Shown piece by piece: positions 20,092 through 29,692 of a stretch of DNA of 64,000 nucleotides (its first letter is position 1; each line of letters starts with the position of its first letter). A program made the position numbers and the translations under genes. The notes beneath the pieces were generated by a model. It worked only from the letters and a program-made list of their open reading frames with translations. It searched no databases and had not been told where the DNA came from. Source of the DNA: a virus (lineage: Duplodnaviria; Heunggongvirae; Uroviricota; Caudoviricetes); the IMG/VR virus record IMGVR_UViG_3300023184_000031, positions 106,256 to 170,255 of that record; one strand, 5' to 3'.

Positions 20092-21405
20092 ATGCAAGAA
20101 ATATTAAAATTAGTGGATGAATACATCCAGAAAAAGCACTCAGAAAAAACATGGGAAGCTGGTAAAGATTGGGTTCAATACGCTGGTCCCTATTTTGATT
20201 CTCAAGAATACATAGCCGCTGTTAAAACCTTATTAGGTGAATGGTTAGTATTAGGAGCTGAAGCAATTAAGTTTGAAAATAAATTTCCTAAGTTATTTGG
20301 TAAAAAATATGGACTATTAACTAATAGTGGTTCAAGTGCTAATTTATTGATGATGTTAGCAATGACATCAAAACGAGGATATAATTTTCCTAAAGGTACT
20401 AAGGTAATAACACCAATAGCCGGATTTCCAACCACAATTAATCCAATACTTCAATTAGGATTCACACCAGTATTTGTTGATATTGAGCTAGAAACACTTA
20501 ATCTAGATTTAGATCAAGTAGAACAAGCATGTATTGATAATCCTGATGCTAAAATTATTACATTTGCTCATGTGTTAGGTAATCCACCTAATATGAATCG
20601 ACTAATGGAAATGGTTGAAAAATATAAATTAATTCTATTAGAAGATTGTTGTGATGCCTTAGGATCTTCATTTGAAGGTAAACCATTAGGATCATTTGGG
20701 GAAATGGCTAGCTGCTCATTTTACCCAGCACATCATATTACAATGGGAGAAGGTGGATTTGTAGCTATGAATAATGTAGATACAGAACGTATTGTTCGTA
20801 GTTTTAGAGAATGGGGCCGTGGTTGTTATTGCGTTGGTAAACAAAATCTACTAGAAAATGGTAGCTGTGGATGTCGTTTCAATAACTGGCTACCAGCATT
20901 ACCAAACGATATATTTGATCACAAATATGTTTATGAAGAAATTGGTTATAATTTAAAACCAATTGAATTACAAGCATCAATGGGTTTAGTTCAAATGACT
21001 AAATTAGAAGAAATAGGAATTAAACGTAGAGAGAATTATAAAAATTTATTTGCTGCATTTAGTAAATACAAACAATATTTTCATTTACATGAATCACAAC
21101 CAGGGGCAGATGTTGATTGGTTTGCTTTTCCTATAACAGTAAAAGATGGAGCACCATTTAAACGCTCTGATATCTGTCAATTTTTAGAAGCAAACAAAAT
21201 ACAAACTCGCCCTTATTTTGCAGGTAATATTATGCTCCAACCAGCATATACACATTTGATGGATTCTAAAGAAGTAATTGAAAAATATCCTGTAGCTAGA
21301 AAAGTAACTACTGATACCTTCTTTTTAGGAACATCACCTGTAATCAATAAAGAAAAAACAGATTATATAGAAACAATATTAGATAAATTTATTAATACTT
21401 TATGA
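20092..21405 (+). CDS. DegT/DnrJ/EryC1-family PLP/PMP enzyme, 3-dehydratase type (ColD/E1-like) with Cys-rich insert.
   Basis: 'LLTNSGSSANLLMM'. The active-site region 'CSFYPAHHITMGEGGF' has His-His where aminotransferases have Lys. Insert 'GCYCVGK..GSCGCRF'. Confidence 0.75.
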   Translation: MQEILKLVDEYIQKKHSEKTWEAGKDWVQYAGPYFDSQEYIAAVKTLLGEWLVLGAEAIKFENKFPKLFGKKYGLLTNSGSSANLLMMLAMTSKRGYNFPKGTKVITPIAGFPTTINPILQLGFTPVFVDIELETLNLDLDQVEQACIDNPDAKIITFAHVLGNPPNMNRLMEMVEKYKLILLEDCCDALGSSFEGKPLGSFGEMASCSFYPAHHITMGEGGFVAMNNVDTERIVRSFREWGRGCYCVGKQNLLENGSCGCRFNNWLPALPNDIFDHKYVYEEIGYNLKPIELQASMGLVQMTKLEEIGIKRRENYKNLFAAFSKYKQYFHLHESQPGADVDWFAFPITVKDGAPFKRSDICQFLEANKIQTRPYFAGNIMLQPAYTHLMDSKEVIEKYPVARKVTTDTFFLGTSPVINKEKTDYIETILDKFINTL

Positions 21406-22349
21406 AAGTAGTATATATAACGGGATGTTTAGGTTTTATAGGTTCTTACATCACTAGAAGATGTTTAGAAAAAGGATGGTATGTTAAAGGGGTAGATAAA
21501 ATGACATATGTCGCTAATAAAACATTATTAGAAGAATTTAATCAATACGAAAATTTTTCATTTGTTCATTGTGATATAAATGAGTTAGAATTTTTACATG
21601 AATGCGATTATATTATTAATACAGCTGCTGAGACCCATGTTGGTAATTCAATAGCAGGTAGTGGGGAATTTGTAGACTCAAATATTACTGGTGTTCATTC
21701 CTTATTAGAATTAATAAGAAATTATAGGCAAGAAACCTCTAAAACACCAATATTATTACACTTTAGTACAGATGAAGTATATGGAGATATTGAAGAAGGA
21801 GCACACACCGAAACAGATTTACTAAAACCCAGCAATCCCTATTCAGCAACAAAAGCAGCAGCAGATATGTTAGTTTTAGCGTGGGGAAGAACTTACAACT
21901 TACCTTATGTTATAGTTAGACCAACAAATAACTATGGTATAGGTCAATATGTTGAAAAACTAATTCCTAAAACATGTAAATATCTTAAATTAGGAAGAAA
22001 AATACCCTTACATAATGGTGGAACTCCTATTAGAAATTGGTTACATGCTGCTGATACTGCTGAGGCCGTAATAACAATTATTGAAAAGGGAATTAAAAAT
22101 GAAATTTACAATATTGCTGGGGGATTTGAACAGTCAAATCATGATACTGTAAAGAAAATAATTAAAGAATATTGTGGAGATGATAATATAGAGTCGTATA
22201 TTGATTTAACATATTCTAGAGTAGGACAAGATGTTCGTTATGCTTTAGATGATTCTAAATTAAGATCATTAGGATGGGAACCAAAGAAAAACTTTGACGT
22301 TGAATTATTAAACATAGTAAAATATTATAAAAATAAATTTATATGGTAA
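21402..22349 (+). CDS. NDP-hexose 4,6-dehydratase (RmlB-like extended SDR).
   Basis: 'VYITGCLGFIGSYI'. 'HFSTDEVYGD'. 'YSATKAAADMLVLAWGRTYNLPYVIVRPTNNYG'. Confidence 0.8.
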   Translation: MKVVYITGCLGFIGSYITRRCLEKGWYVKGVDKMTYVANKTLLEEFNQYENFSFVHCDINELEFLHECDYIINTAAETHVGNSIAGSGEFVDSNITGVHSLLELIRNYRQETSKTPILLHFSTDEVYGDIEEGAHTETDLLKPSNPYSATKAAADMLVLAWGRTYNLPYVIVRPTNNYGIGQYVEKLIPKTCKYLKLGRKIPLHNGGTPIRNWLHAADTAEAVITIIEKGIKNEIYNIAGGFEQSNHDTVKKIIKEYCGDDNIESYIDLTYSRVGQDVRYALDDSKLRSLGWEPKKNFDVELLNIVKYYKNKFIW

Positions 22350-22891
22350 AAAAAGCACTTATTATTACTTGGGAAAAATTTCAAGATCACGAATTAATTT
22401 ATCCTTATTATAGTTTAAAAGAAGCAGGGTATGAAGTAACATTAATGGCCAATAAAATAGGAAAAATATGGGGTAGTTTAGGTACTCATATGTCTTGTGA
22501 TATTGAAACATCATTATTTGAAGATGAAAATAAAAGAAAATCATATTTGAATAATTTTGAAATACTATTAATTCCAGGGGGTGTTAAAGCACTTGAAAAA
22601 TTAAGACAAGAAAAAGGTGTACTTAAGTTTGTTCAAGAATGGAATGCCGCTAACAAAACAATATTTTCAGTATGTAATGGAGCTCAATTACTTATATCCG
22701 CTAAAATATTAAAAGGAAGAACACTTTCAGGATATTATAGCATTGATGTAGATATTGAAAACGCAGGTGCTACTTATAGTCGTGGTCCTGTAGTAGTGGA
22801 TGATAATATTATTTCTTGTCCACACTACGACTTTATGGGTGATTGGATGAGAATAGCATATCAAGTACATAATGAAAGAAATAAAAAATAA
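22343..22891 (+). CDS. DJ-1/PfpI family protein.
   Basis: 'LLIPGG'. 'IFSVCNGAQLL' (nucleophile-elbow Cys). 'IISCPHYD'. Confidence 0.7.
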   Translation: MVKKALIITWEKFQDHELIYPYYSLKEAGYEVTLMANKIGKIWGSLGTHMSCDIETSLFEDENKRKSYLNNFEILLIPGGVKALEKLRQEKGVLKFVQEWNAANKTIFSVCNGAQLLISAKILKGRTLSGYYSIDVDIENAGATYSRGPVVVDDNIISCPHYDFMGDWMRIAYQVHNERNKK

Positions 22892-23559
22892 TGAGTTACG
22901 AAACTAACATTGTAAAAAAACCATGGGGTTATGAGTATCTAGCTTACAAGAATGAAGATGTAGGTCTATGGTTTCTTTACATCGCTCCTGGTCAAAGTAC
23001 ATCAATGCATTGTCACCCTAAAAAAACAACTGGGTTAGTATTATTAGATGGGGAAGCAGAAATATCATTTTTAGCTGATAAAAGAACAATAAAGTCTTTA
23101 GATAAAGTAATGATTAGAAGAGGGTTATTTCACTCTACAAAGGCTATATCAGGTAAAGGAGCTTTTATATTTGAAATTGAAACACCTGTAGATAAACAGG
23201 ATTTAGTTAGATTAAATGATCAATATGGCCGTGCTTCCAAACCTTACGAAGATAATACATTTGAAGAAACAAAAAGTCAAAATTGTTTATGGATTACAGA
23301 CGAAAACAAAATATATGATTTTGCAAATTGTACTCTTCAAGTAGAAACTATAGACGATATTAATGTGATCAATAATAAAAAAGATAATGATTTGATAATG
23401 TTTCTTAAAGGAGGTATGGTACGTAATATAGATAATATTTCTCATTGCGTTACCGTCCCCGGAGATGTTGGGTTTGCATATATTATAAAACAAGTATCTA
23501 AACAATTAGATGGAGTACTTCCAGAAACATTAATAATGACAATAATTAAAAATGGCTAA
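22891..23559 (+). CDS. Cupin-fold protein; possible sugar ketoisomerase/epimerase.
   Basis: 'APGQSTSMHCHPKKTTGLVLLDGEAEI' cupin motif 1 with H-x-H. Confidence 0.45.
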   Translation: MSYETNIVKKPWGYEYLAYKNEDVGLWFLYIAPGQSTSMHCHPKKTTGLVLLDGEAEISFLADKRTIKSLDKVMIRRGLFHSTKAISGKGAFIFEIETPVDKQDLVRLNDQYGRASKPYEDNTFEETKSQNCLWITDENKIYDFANCTLQVETIDDINVINNKKDNDLIMFLKGGMVRNIDNISHCVTVPGDVGFAYIIKQVSKQLDGVLPETLIMTIIKNG

Positions 23560-23938
23560 TTTTTACCCTCCAGGATTTGAAAATCAATTAACAGTAGTTG
23601 CTATTGATTTTGATGGTGTGTTACATAATGCTAATAAAGGTTGGGGTGATGGTACATGTTACGGAGATCCATTACCTGGATCAATAGATGCTATTAAAGA
23701 GTTATCTAAAAAATATAAAATTATTATATTCACCGCTAAAGCAAAGTCTGATCGTCCGTTAGTAAATGGTAAAACAGGAACAAAATTAGTACAAGAGTGG
23801 TTTGAAAGGCATAATATTTTAGAGTATATTGATGATATTACAAGTGAAAAACCAAGAGCTGAATTATATATTGATGATAATGGTTATCGTTTTGAAAATT
23901 GGAAAGATACATTATCATTTATAGAAAAAAACATATGA
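23552..23938 (+). CDS. Small HAD-superfamily phosphatase.
   Basis: Motif I 'VVAIDFDGVLH'. 'IIIFTAKAKSD'. C-terminal 'YIDDNG'. Confidence 0.6.
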   Translation: MANFYPPGFENQLTVVAIDFDGVLHNANKGWGDGTCYGDPLPGSIDAIKELSKKYKIIIFTAKAKSDRPLVNGKTGTKLVQEWFERHNILEYIDDITSEKPRAELYIDDNGYRFENWKDTLSFIEKNI

Positions 23939-25701
23939 TAAAAGTTTCAGATTATATATTTGATTTTTTAAAATCTAAAGAAATTGACACTATATTTTCA
24001 GTATCAGGTGGAGCAGCTGCTCATTTACTTAATTCTGTAGTTGAGAAGAAATTTAAATATATTTGCAATTATCACGAACAAGCTTGTGCTATGGCCGCTG
24101 AAGGATATGCTCGTATAGCTAATAAACCTGCTTGTGTTTTAGTTACTAATGGACCTGGGTCTACTAATACTATTACAGGTATAGTAGGGGCTTATCAAGA
24201 TTCAATTCCCATGATTATTATATCAGGTCAAGTACCTGTAAATCAATCATTGGGTAGTTTAAAAGATATTAAGTTAAGACAACTAGGGGTACAAGAATGT
24301 AATATTATTGATATGGTTAAAAATATTACTAAATACGCTGTTCAAGTAACAGATCCTAAAACTATACCTTATCATATTGCTATGGCTTATAATGAAGCTA
24401 CAACAAATAGAATGGGTCCTGTTTGGTTAGATATTCCTCTCGATGTACAAAACGCAATGATAGAGCCAAATGAATTTATAATAGATAAAAGTTTTAATAC
24501 CACTGGTTATAATATTAATGAAATAATTAATCTTATATTCCATTCCAAAAAACCACTTATCATAACAGGAAATGGCATTCATTTATCACAGACTGAAAAT
24601 TTATTTACCCAGTTAAAAAATAAATTAAAAATACCAGTAATATCAACTTGGACTTCTAAAGACTTAATGGCACAAAATGATCCATTATTTGTAGGTAATT
24701 TTGGATTATTAGGAGAGAGAGCAGGTAATTTTGCTGTACAAAATGCTGATTTATTATTAATATTAGGTAGTAGGTTATCTATTCCAAATGTTGGATATCA
24801 ATCACATTTATTTTCACCTAAATCAATTAAAATAATGGTTGATATAGATAAAAATGAATTAAAAAAACCAACAATTAACATTGATTATCCTATAAACGAA
24901 GATTTAAATAATTTTCTTACAGATATTATATCAACACTAAGTAATAAAAAGATTCCTAATTGGAAAGAATGGATAGAAAAAACTCAATTATGGAAAATAA
25001 AATATCCTGTATTTCAACCTAAATATAAAGTAAATACTGATAAGATAAATTCATTTTATTTTATGGAGATATTATCTAGTAAATTAACAGATAATAATAT
25101 TGTAATAACAGATATGGGTACAAGCTATACTTGTACAATGCAGTCTTTACAAATGAATGGAAAAAATAGATTATTTACATCTAGTGCTTGTTGTTCAATG
25201 GGGTTTGGTTTACCTGGGGCTATTGGAGCTTATTTTGGAAAACCTAATAAAGATATTATATTGATTGCTGGAGATGGAGGCTTACAAATGAATATCCAGG
25301 AATTACAAACAATAATTCATAATAAAATACCTCTTAAAATATTTGTACTTAATAATAATGGTTATTTAGCTATTTCATTAATGCAAGATAATTTATTTAA
25401 AAGTAATTATATAGGTTCAAATAATGAAAGTGGAGTTAGTTCACCTAATTTTACTAAATTAGCAGAAGTATATGGATTTAAGACATTTAAATTTAATAAT
25501 AATAGTGAATTAGAAAGTAAAATAGATACTGTTTTAAATGAAAAAGGACCTGTTTTATGTGAAATAATGATGACTGAAAACCAATTATTAATTCCTCGTG
25601 TTCAATCTTCTAAAGATGAAAATGGGAAAATTATATCTAATTCACTAGAAAATATGTTTCCTTACCTTAGTGAAGAAGAAATGAAAGAAATAATGATATG
25701 A
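23935..25701 (+). CDS. Thiamine-diphosphate enzyme, acetolactate-synthase-like (YerE-like sugar-branching candidate).
   Basis: 'GPGSTNTITGIVGAYQDSIPMIIISGQV'. ThDP-binding 'IAGDGGLQMNIQELQT...VLNNNGY'. Start set at ATG 23935 (ATGA overlap with the upstream stop) within ORF 23899..25701. Confidence 0.8.
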   Translation: MIKVSDYIFDFLKSKEIDTIFSVSGGAAAHLLNSVVEKKFKYICNYHEQACAMAAEGYARIANKPACVLVTNGPGSTNTITGIVGAYQDSIPMIIISGQVPVNQSLGSLKDIKLRQLGVQECNIIDMVKNITKYAVQVTDPKTIPYHIAMAYNEATTNRMGPVWLDIPLDVQNAMIEPNEFIIDKSFNTTGYNINEIINLIFHSKKPLIITGNGIHLSQTENLFTQLKNKLKIPVISTWTSKDLMAQNDPLFVGNFGLLGERAGNFAVQNADLLLILGSRLSIPNVGYQSHLFSPKSIKIMVDIDKNELKKPTINIDYPINEDLNNFLTDIISTLSNKKIPNWKEWIEKTQLWKIKYPVFQPKYKVNTDKINSFYFMEILSSKLTDNNIVITDMGTSYTCTMQSLQMNGKNRLFTSSACCSMGFGLPGAIGAYFGKPNKDIILIAGDGGLQMNIQELQTIIHNKIPLKIFVLNNNGYLAISLMQDNLFKSNYIGSNNESGVSSPNFTKLAEVYGFKTFKFNNNSELESKIDTVLNEKGPVLCEIMMTENQLLIPRVQSSKDENGKIISNSLENMFPYLSEEEMKEIMI

Positions 25702-26483
25702 ACAAAATATTAATTACTGGGGCTAATGGATATGTAGGTAAAGCACTACATAATGCTTTAAAAGATAAATATAATGCAATTGCTATTACCAGAAAAGAGG
25801 TAGATTTAACTAATTCTGAAGAGGTTAATTCTTTTTTCTCAAAAATGGGAGGTTTTGATGTTATAATAAATTGTGCTGTTAAAGGAGGAAGTAGATTACA
25901 ACAAGACGAATGGAATATATTAGATGATAATCTAAAAATATATTACAATTTATTAGCAAATAAATGCTATTTTCAAAAATTTATACATTTTGGCTCAGGG
26001 GCTGAATTATTCACAAAAGATAAACCATATGGATTCAGTAAAGATGTAATTAGAAAATCAATACTTAATAAAAATTATTTCTATAACCTCAGAATATTTG
26101 GGGTATTTGATGAAAATGAACTAGATACTAGATTTATTAAAGCTAATATAAAACGTTATTTAAATAACGAACCAATAATCATTCATCAAAATAAACAGAT
26201 GAATTTTATTTATATGAAAGATTTAGTTACTTTAGTAGAATATTATATAATAAATAATAATTCACCTAAAGAAATAAATTGTAATTATAATAAAACTATT
26301 ACTTTAGAAGAAATAGCAAATATGATAAATAACCTAGACACATATAAAGTTAATATAGAAATAATAAATAAAAAATCCGCGACTTCCTACTCAGCAGATA
26401 ATTTTACTGATTTAGGAATCAAATTTATAGGTTTAGAGCAAGGTATTAAAGAAGTATATAATAAATTAAAAAATGAATATTAA
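25698..26483 (+). CDS. NAD(P)-dependent SDR sugar reductase/epimerase (RmlD-like).
   Basis: 'ILITGANGYVGKAL' Rossmann motif. 261 aa. Confidence 0.6.
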   Translation: MNKILITGANGYVGKALHNALKDKYNAIAITRKEVDLTNSEEVNSFFSKMGGFDVIINCAVKGGSRLQQDEWNILDDNLKIYYNLLANKCYFQKFIHFGSGAELFTKDKPYGFSKDVIRKSILNKNYFYNLRIFGVFDENELDTRFIKANIKRYLNNEPIIIHQNKQMNFIYMKDLVTLVEYYIINNNSPKEINCNYNKTITLEEIANMINNLDTYKVNIEIINKKSATSYSADNFTDLGIKFIGLEQGIKEVYNKLKNEY

Positions 26484-27411
26484 AATTTTAACTCACTTAA
26501 TGCCTTGGGAAATAGATTATGCATTATTGTCTTTTTCTCAACTTAAAAAAGTTCAAAAACACATTCCGGAAGAAGTAAATATTGAGTTTGATAATGTTTT
26601 AAATTTATCTAGTAATATTATAGATTGGGATAAAAGTAAATTTCCTAAAGAATATTTTATAGATAAGTATAAAGATATTTGTAAAGGATTTAGTACAATT
26701 AAAATCAATTCTAAAATAATAGATTCTAATATATTTTATGGACATTTAGACCTTCAAAGAGAGTGTAAATCTCCTCACATAGATTATTACATTCCTTTTT
26801 GCCCAGATATGTATTTTGGAGAATATTTAATTCCATATATAATTGAATCTATTAAAAATATCTCTAATAAACATTTCATCATAACTCCTCAAGTAACAAA
26901 AAGATGGGATCCTAGTTGGGATATTTTAGTTAATGAAAACTTTTTAAATATTTCATATAGTCATTGTTTTGATTTAAATCACTATGAGGTAGATATTATA
27001 AATAATCCCTCAACCCCAGAATTAATTCCACTTAATGGATTTAAATATGCTGGTTGGTTTGATTGTTATAGTAAAGAAATTTGGGAAACTTTCTGTCCCG
27101 TATGGGATGAATGGAGTGGCTATGGATCCTGGGATACTTATTCTATGTATACTTTATCTTTATTAAAACAAAAAGGATATGATATTCAACAATATATTTT
27201 AAAAAATCAAGTAATATCAGAATACTGGAATGGTAATGAATCTCAACAAAATTGGGATATAGATACTTATAAAGAAAAAAATAGTGAAGGATTATGTGGA
27301 TACTATAAAAAACAATTGTATATTAATAAAAATAAAGAAGGAAAATTAGATTATACTAGACTTCAAGAATATGCAATTACTCAATTTAATAAAATAATAA
27401 ATAATGGATAA
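26473..27411 (+). CDS. Hypothetical protein, Trp/Tyr-rich, inside the sugar island.
   Basis: ORF with ATGA-type overlaps to both neighbours. Confidence 0.45.
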   Translation: MNIKILTHLMPWEIDYALLSFSQLKKVQKHIPEEVNIEFDNVLNLSSNIIDWDKSKFPKEYFIDKYKDICKGFSTIKINSKIIDSNIFYGHLDLQRECKSPHIDYYIPFCPDMYFGEYLIPYIIESIKNISNKHFIITPQVTKRWDPSWDILVNENFLNISYSHCFDLNHYEVDIINNPSTPELIPLNGFKYAGWFDCYSKEIWETFCPVWDEWSGYGSWDTYSMYTLSLLKQKGYDIQQYILKNQVISEYWNGNESQQNWDIDTYKEKNSEGLCGYYKKQLYINKNKEGKLDYTRLQEYAITQFNKIINNG

Positions 27412-28255
27412 AATAAATGTATTCGGAGGAACAGGGTTTATAGGAAGTAAATTTTGCCAATTACACCCAGAACATATTATATTAAATGATAGAAATGATT
27501 ATATACCTAAAACAAATAATATATTATACTTTATAAGTACTATTGATAACTATAATGTTCATAAAGATTTACATATTGATGTAGATACTAATTTAACAGT
27601 ATTATTAAATGTATTAGAAAATATTAAAAATAATCCAACTAAAGATATCACATTTAATTTTATTAGTTCTTGGTTTGTTTATGGACAAAACGATAAAATT
27701 CCTTTTAAAGAAAATGATCTAGGATGTAACCCAACAGGATTTTATTCTATAACAAAAAGATGTGCTGAGCAATTAATTATTAGTTTTTGTGAAACATATG
27801 ATATAAAATATAGGATATTTAGATTGGCAAATGTATTAGGGGAAGGAGATAAAAAAATATCAAAAAAGAAAAATGCACTTCAATTTTTAATTCAAGAAAT
27901 AGCTAATAATAGGAATGTTGAACTATATTATGGAGGAAATGTTTTAAGAGATTATATATATGTTGATGATGTGTGTAATGCCGTGTTTCATTGTATAAAT
28001 AAAGCCCCAATAAACGAAATAATAAACATTGGAAGTGGCAAACCATATCTATTTTTGAATATTATAAAAGATGCTATAGTTAAAGCTAATTCTAAATCTA
28101 AAATTATAGAAATTCATCCAACCCATTTCCACAATATTGTTCAAGTAAAAAATTCATATTTAGATACTACTAAGTTAACTAATTATGGATATAAATGTGA
28201 ATATGATATTGATGAAATAGTTCAAAAACTTGTAGATCATTATAAAAATCAATGA
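27404..28255 (+). CDS. NAD-dependent epimerase/dehydratase family SDR.
   Basis: 'INVFGGTGFIGSKF'. 'YSITKRCAEQL' (YxxxK). Confidence 0.65.
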   Translation: MDKINVFGGTGFIGSKFCQLHPEHIILNDRNDYIPKTNNILYFISTIDNYNVHKDLHIDVDTNLTVLLNVLENIKNNPTKDITFNFISSWFVYGQNDKIPFKENDLGCNPTGFYSITKRCAEQLIISFCETYDIKYRIFRLANVLGEGDKKISKKKNALQFLIQEIANNRNVELYYGGNVLRDYIYVDDVCNAVFHCINKAPINEIINIGSGKPYLFLNIIKDAIVKANSKSKIIEIHPTHFHNIVQVKNSYLDTTKLTNYGYKCEYDIDEIVQKLVDHYKNQ

Positions 28256-28950
28256 ATAAATATCTAATAATATCACCAGTAGGAGATGAATCTCTTCACC
28301 CAGAATGGGTTAAAGAAAAAACTAATTTTGATTTAGTTTTAATTTATTATGGAGATAATGAATCTATTGCTGAGTCAAATATAAAATATACCCCTTATGT
28401 ATATGCTGCTAAAGGAGAAAAATATCATTTAATCAAATCATTTATAGAATCTAATATTGAGTTTATTTCTAATTATACCTACATTTGGATCCCAGATAAT
28501 GATGTTCTAATATCAACCAAAAATATTAACAGATTATTTGAGATAGCAACTCAATATCAACTCTCCATTTGCCAACCATCAATGGATGGGTATGTTTCTC
28601 ATGAAATAACAAAACCAGTCCCTAACAATATATTACGTTATACTAATTTTGTTGAAGTATTAGCACCTTTATTTGATTTAAAATCACTATTAAAAGTGTA
28701 TAAAACATTTGATTTAAATTATTCAAGTTGGGGATATGATTACTTGTGGCCTCATCTTTTAGATTATCCTAAAGATAAAATAGCAATTATAGATGGTATA
28801 ATAATGACCCACACAAAACCAGTAGGACAAAGTTATTCTCGCTTTCCTGTAGCTCCTTGGGAAGAAATGAATTGGTTATTATATTCATATAATATTAAAA
28901 AAGAAGAAATAAATTATTCACAAATAATAAAAAATGAATATATATTTTAA
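28252..28950 (+). CDS. Hypothetical protein; possible glycosyltransferase-like.
   Basis: ORF within the island. No diagnostic motif recognised. Confidence 0.4.
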   Translation: MNKYLIISPVGDESLHPEWVKEKTNFDLVLIYYGDNESIAESNIKYTPYVYAAKGEKYHLIKSFIESNIEFISNYTYIWIPDNDVLISTKNINRLFEIATQYQLSICQPSMDGYVSHEITKPVPNNILRYTNFVEVLAPLFDLKSLLKVYKTFDLNYSSWGYDYLWPHLLDYPKDKIAIIDGIIMTHTKPVGQSYSRFPVAPWEEMNWLLYSYNIKKEEINYSQIIKNEYIF

Positions 28951-29692
28951 AGAAACACAATTCGGTCATTTTTGTCTTATTGAGAAAGATTTAATTAGTA
29001 ATTGTATTAGTAATTATGGATATTGGGAGCAGCATCTACATTATTTTTATTCTCAATTTATTAAACCAAATGATGTTGTTATAGATGGAGGAGCAAATTT
29101 AGGATTTCATAGCATTCAGTTTGCTAAATTAGCTAATCAAGGAAAAGTATATTGTTTTGAACCTCAACCATTAATATTCAATGTATTATCTACTAATATA
29201 TTAATTAATGGAGCTACAGACATAATAAAACAATTTAGATTAGGATTAAGTGATAAAGAAGAGCAATTGAAAATGTCCCCACTTAAAGATCAAATATTCT
29301 CAGAAGATTGCATTAATTATGGAGGAAGAGCTTTAACAAATTCAGAAGAGGGTGAAGAAGAAGTTCAATTAACTAATATAGATAGTTTAAATTTATCTAA
29401 ATTAGATTTAATAAAATTAGATGTACAGGGATTTGAATTAGAAACTATTAAAGGTGGAGAAAAAACAATAAAAAATAACTATCCTATATTCTTTTTAGAA
29501 AATTATATTGATCAAGAAAAAGATCAAGAAGTAATTAAACTACTACAAGAATGGGGATATATTAATTATAGACTAGATATAGGAAATAAAGAAGATTGCA
29601 TACTAGTATACCCAGATAAACATAAATCAGAAATAAAATTTATAGAGACACAAACTAAAATAAAATATAATAAATTAAAGGATGAATATTAA
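28934..29692 (+). CDS. FkbM-family methyltransferase.
   Basis: 'VVIDGGANLGFHSIQFAKLANQGKVYCFEPQPLIFNVL'. Confidence 0.75.
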   Translation: MNIYFKETQFGHFCLIEKDLISNCISNYGYWEQHLHYFYSQFIKPNDVVIDGGANLGFHSIQFAKLANQGKVYCFEPQPLIFNVLSTNILINGATDIIKQFRLGLSDKEEQLKMSPLKDQIFSEDCINYGGRALTNSEEGEEEVQLTNIDSLNLSKLDLIKLDVQGFELETIKGGEKTIKNNYPIFFLENYIDQEKDQEVIKLLQEWGYINYRLDIGNKEDCILVYPDKHKSEIKFIETQTKIKYNKLKDEY

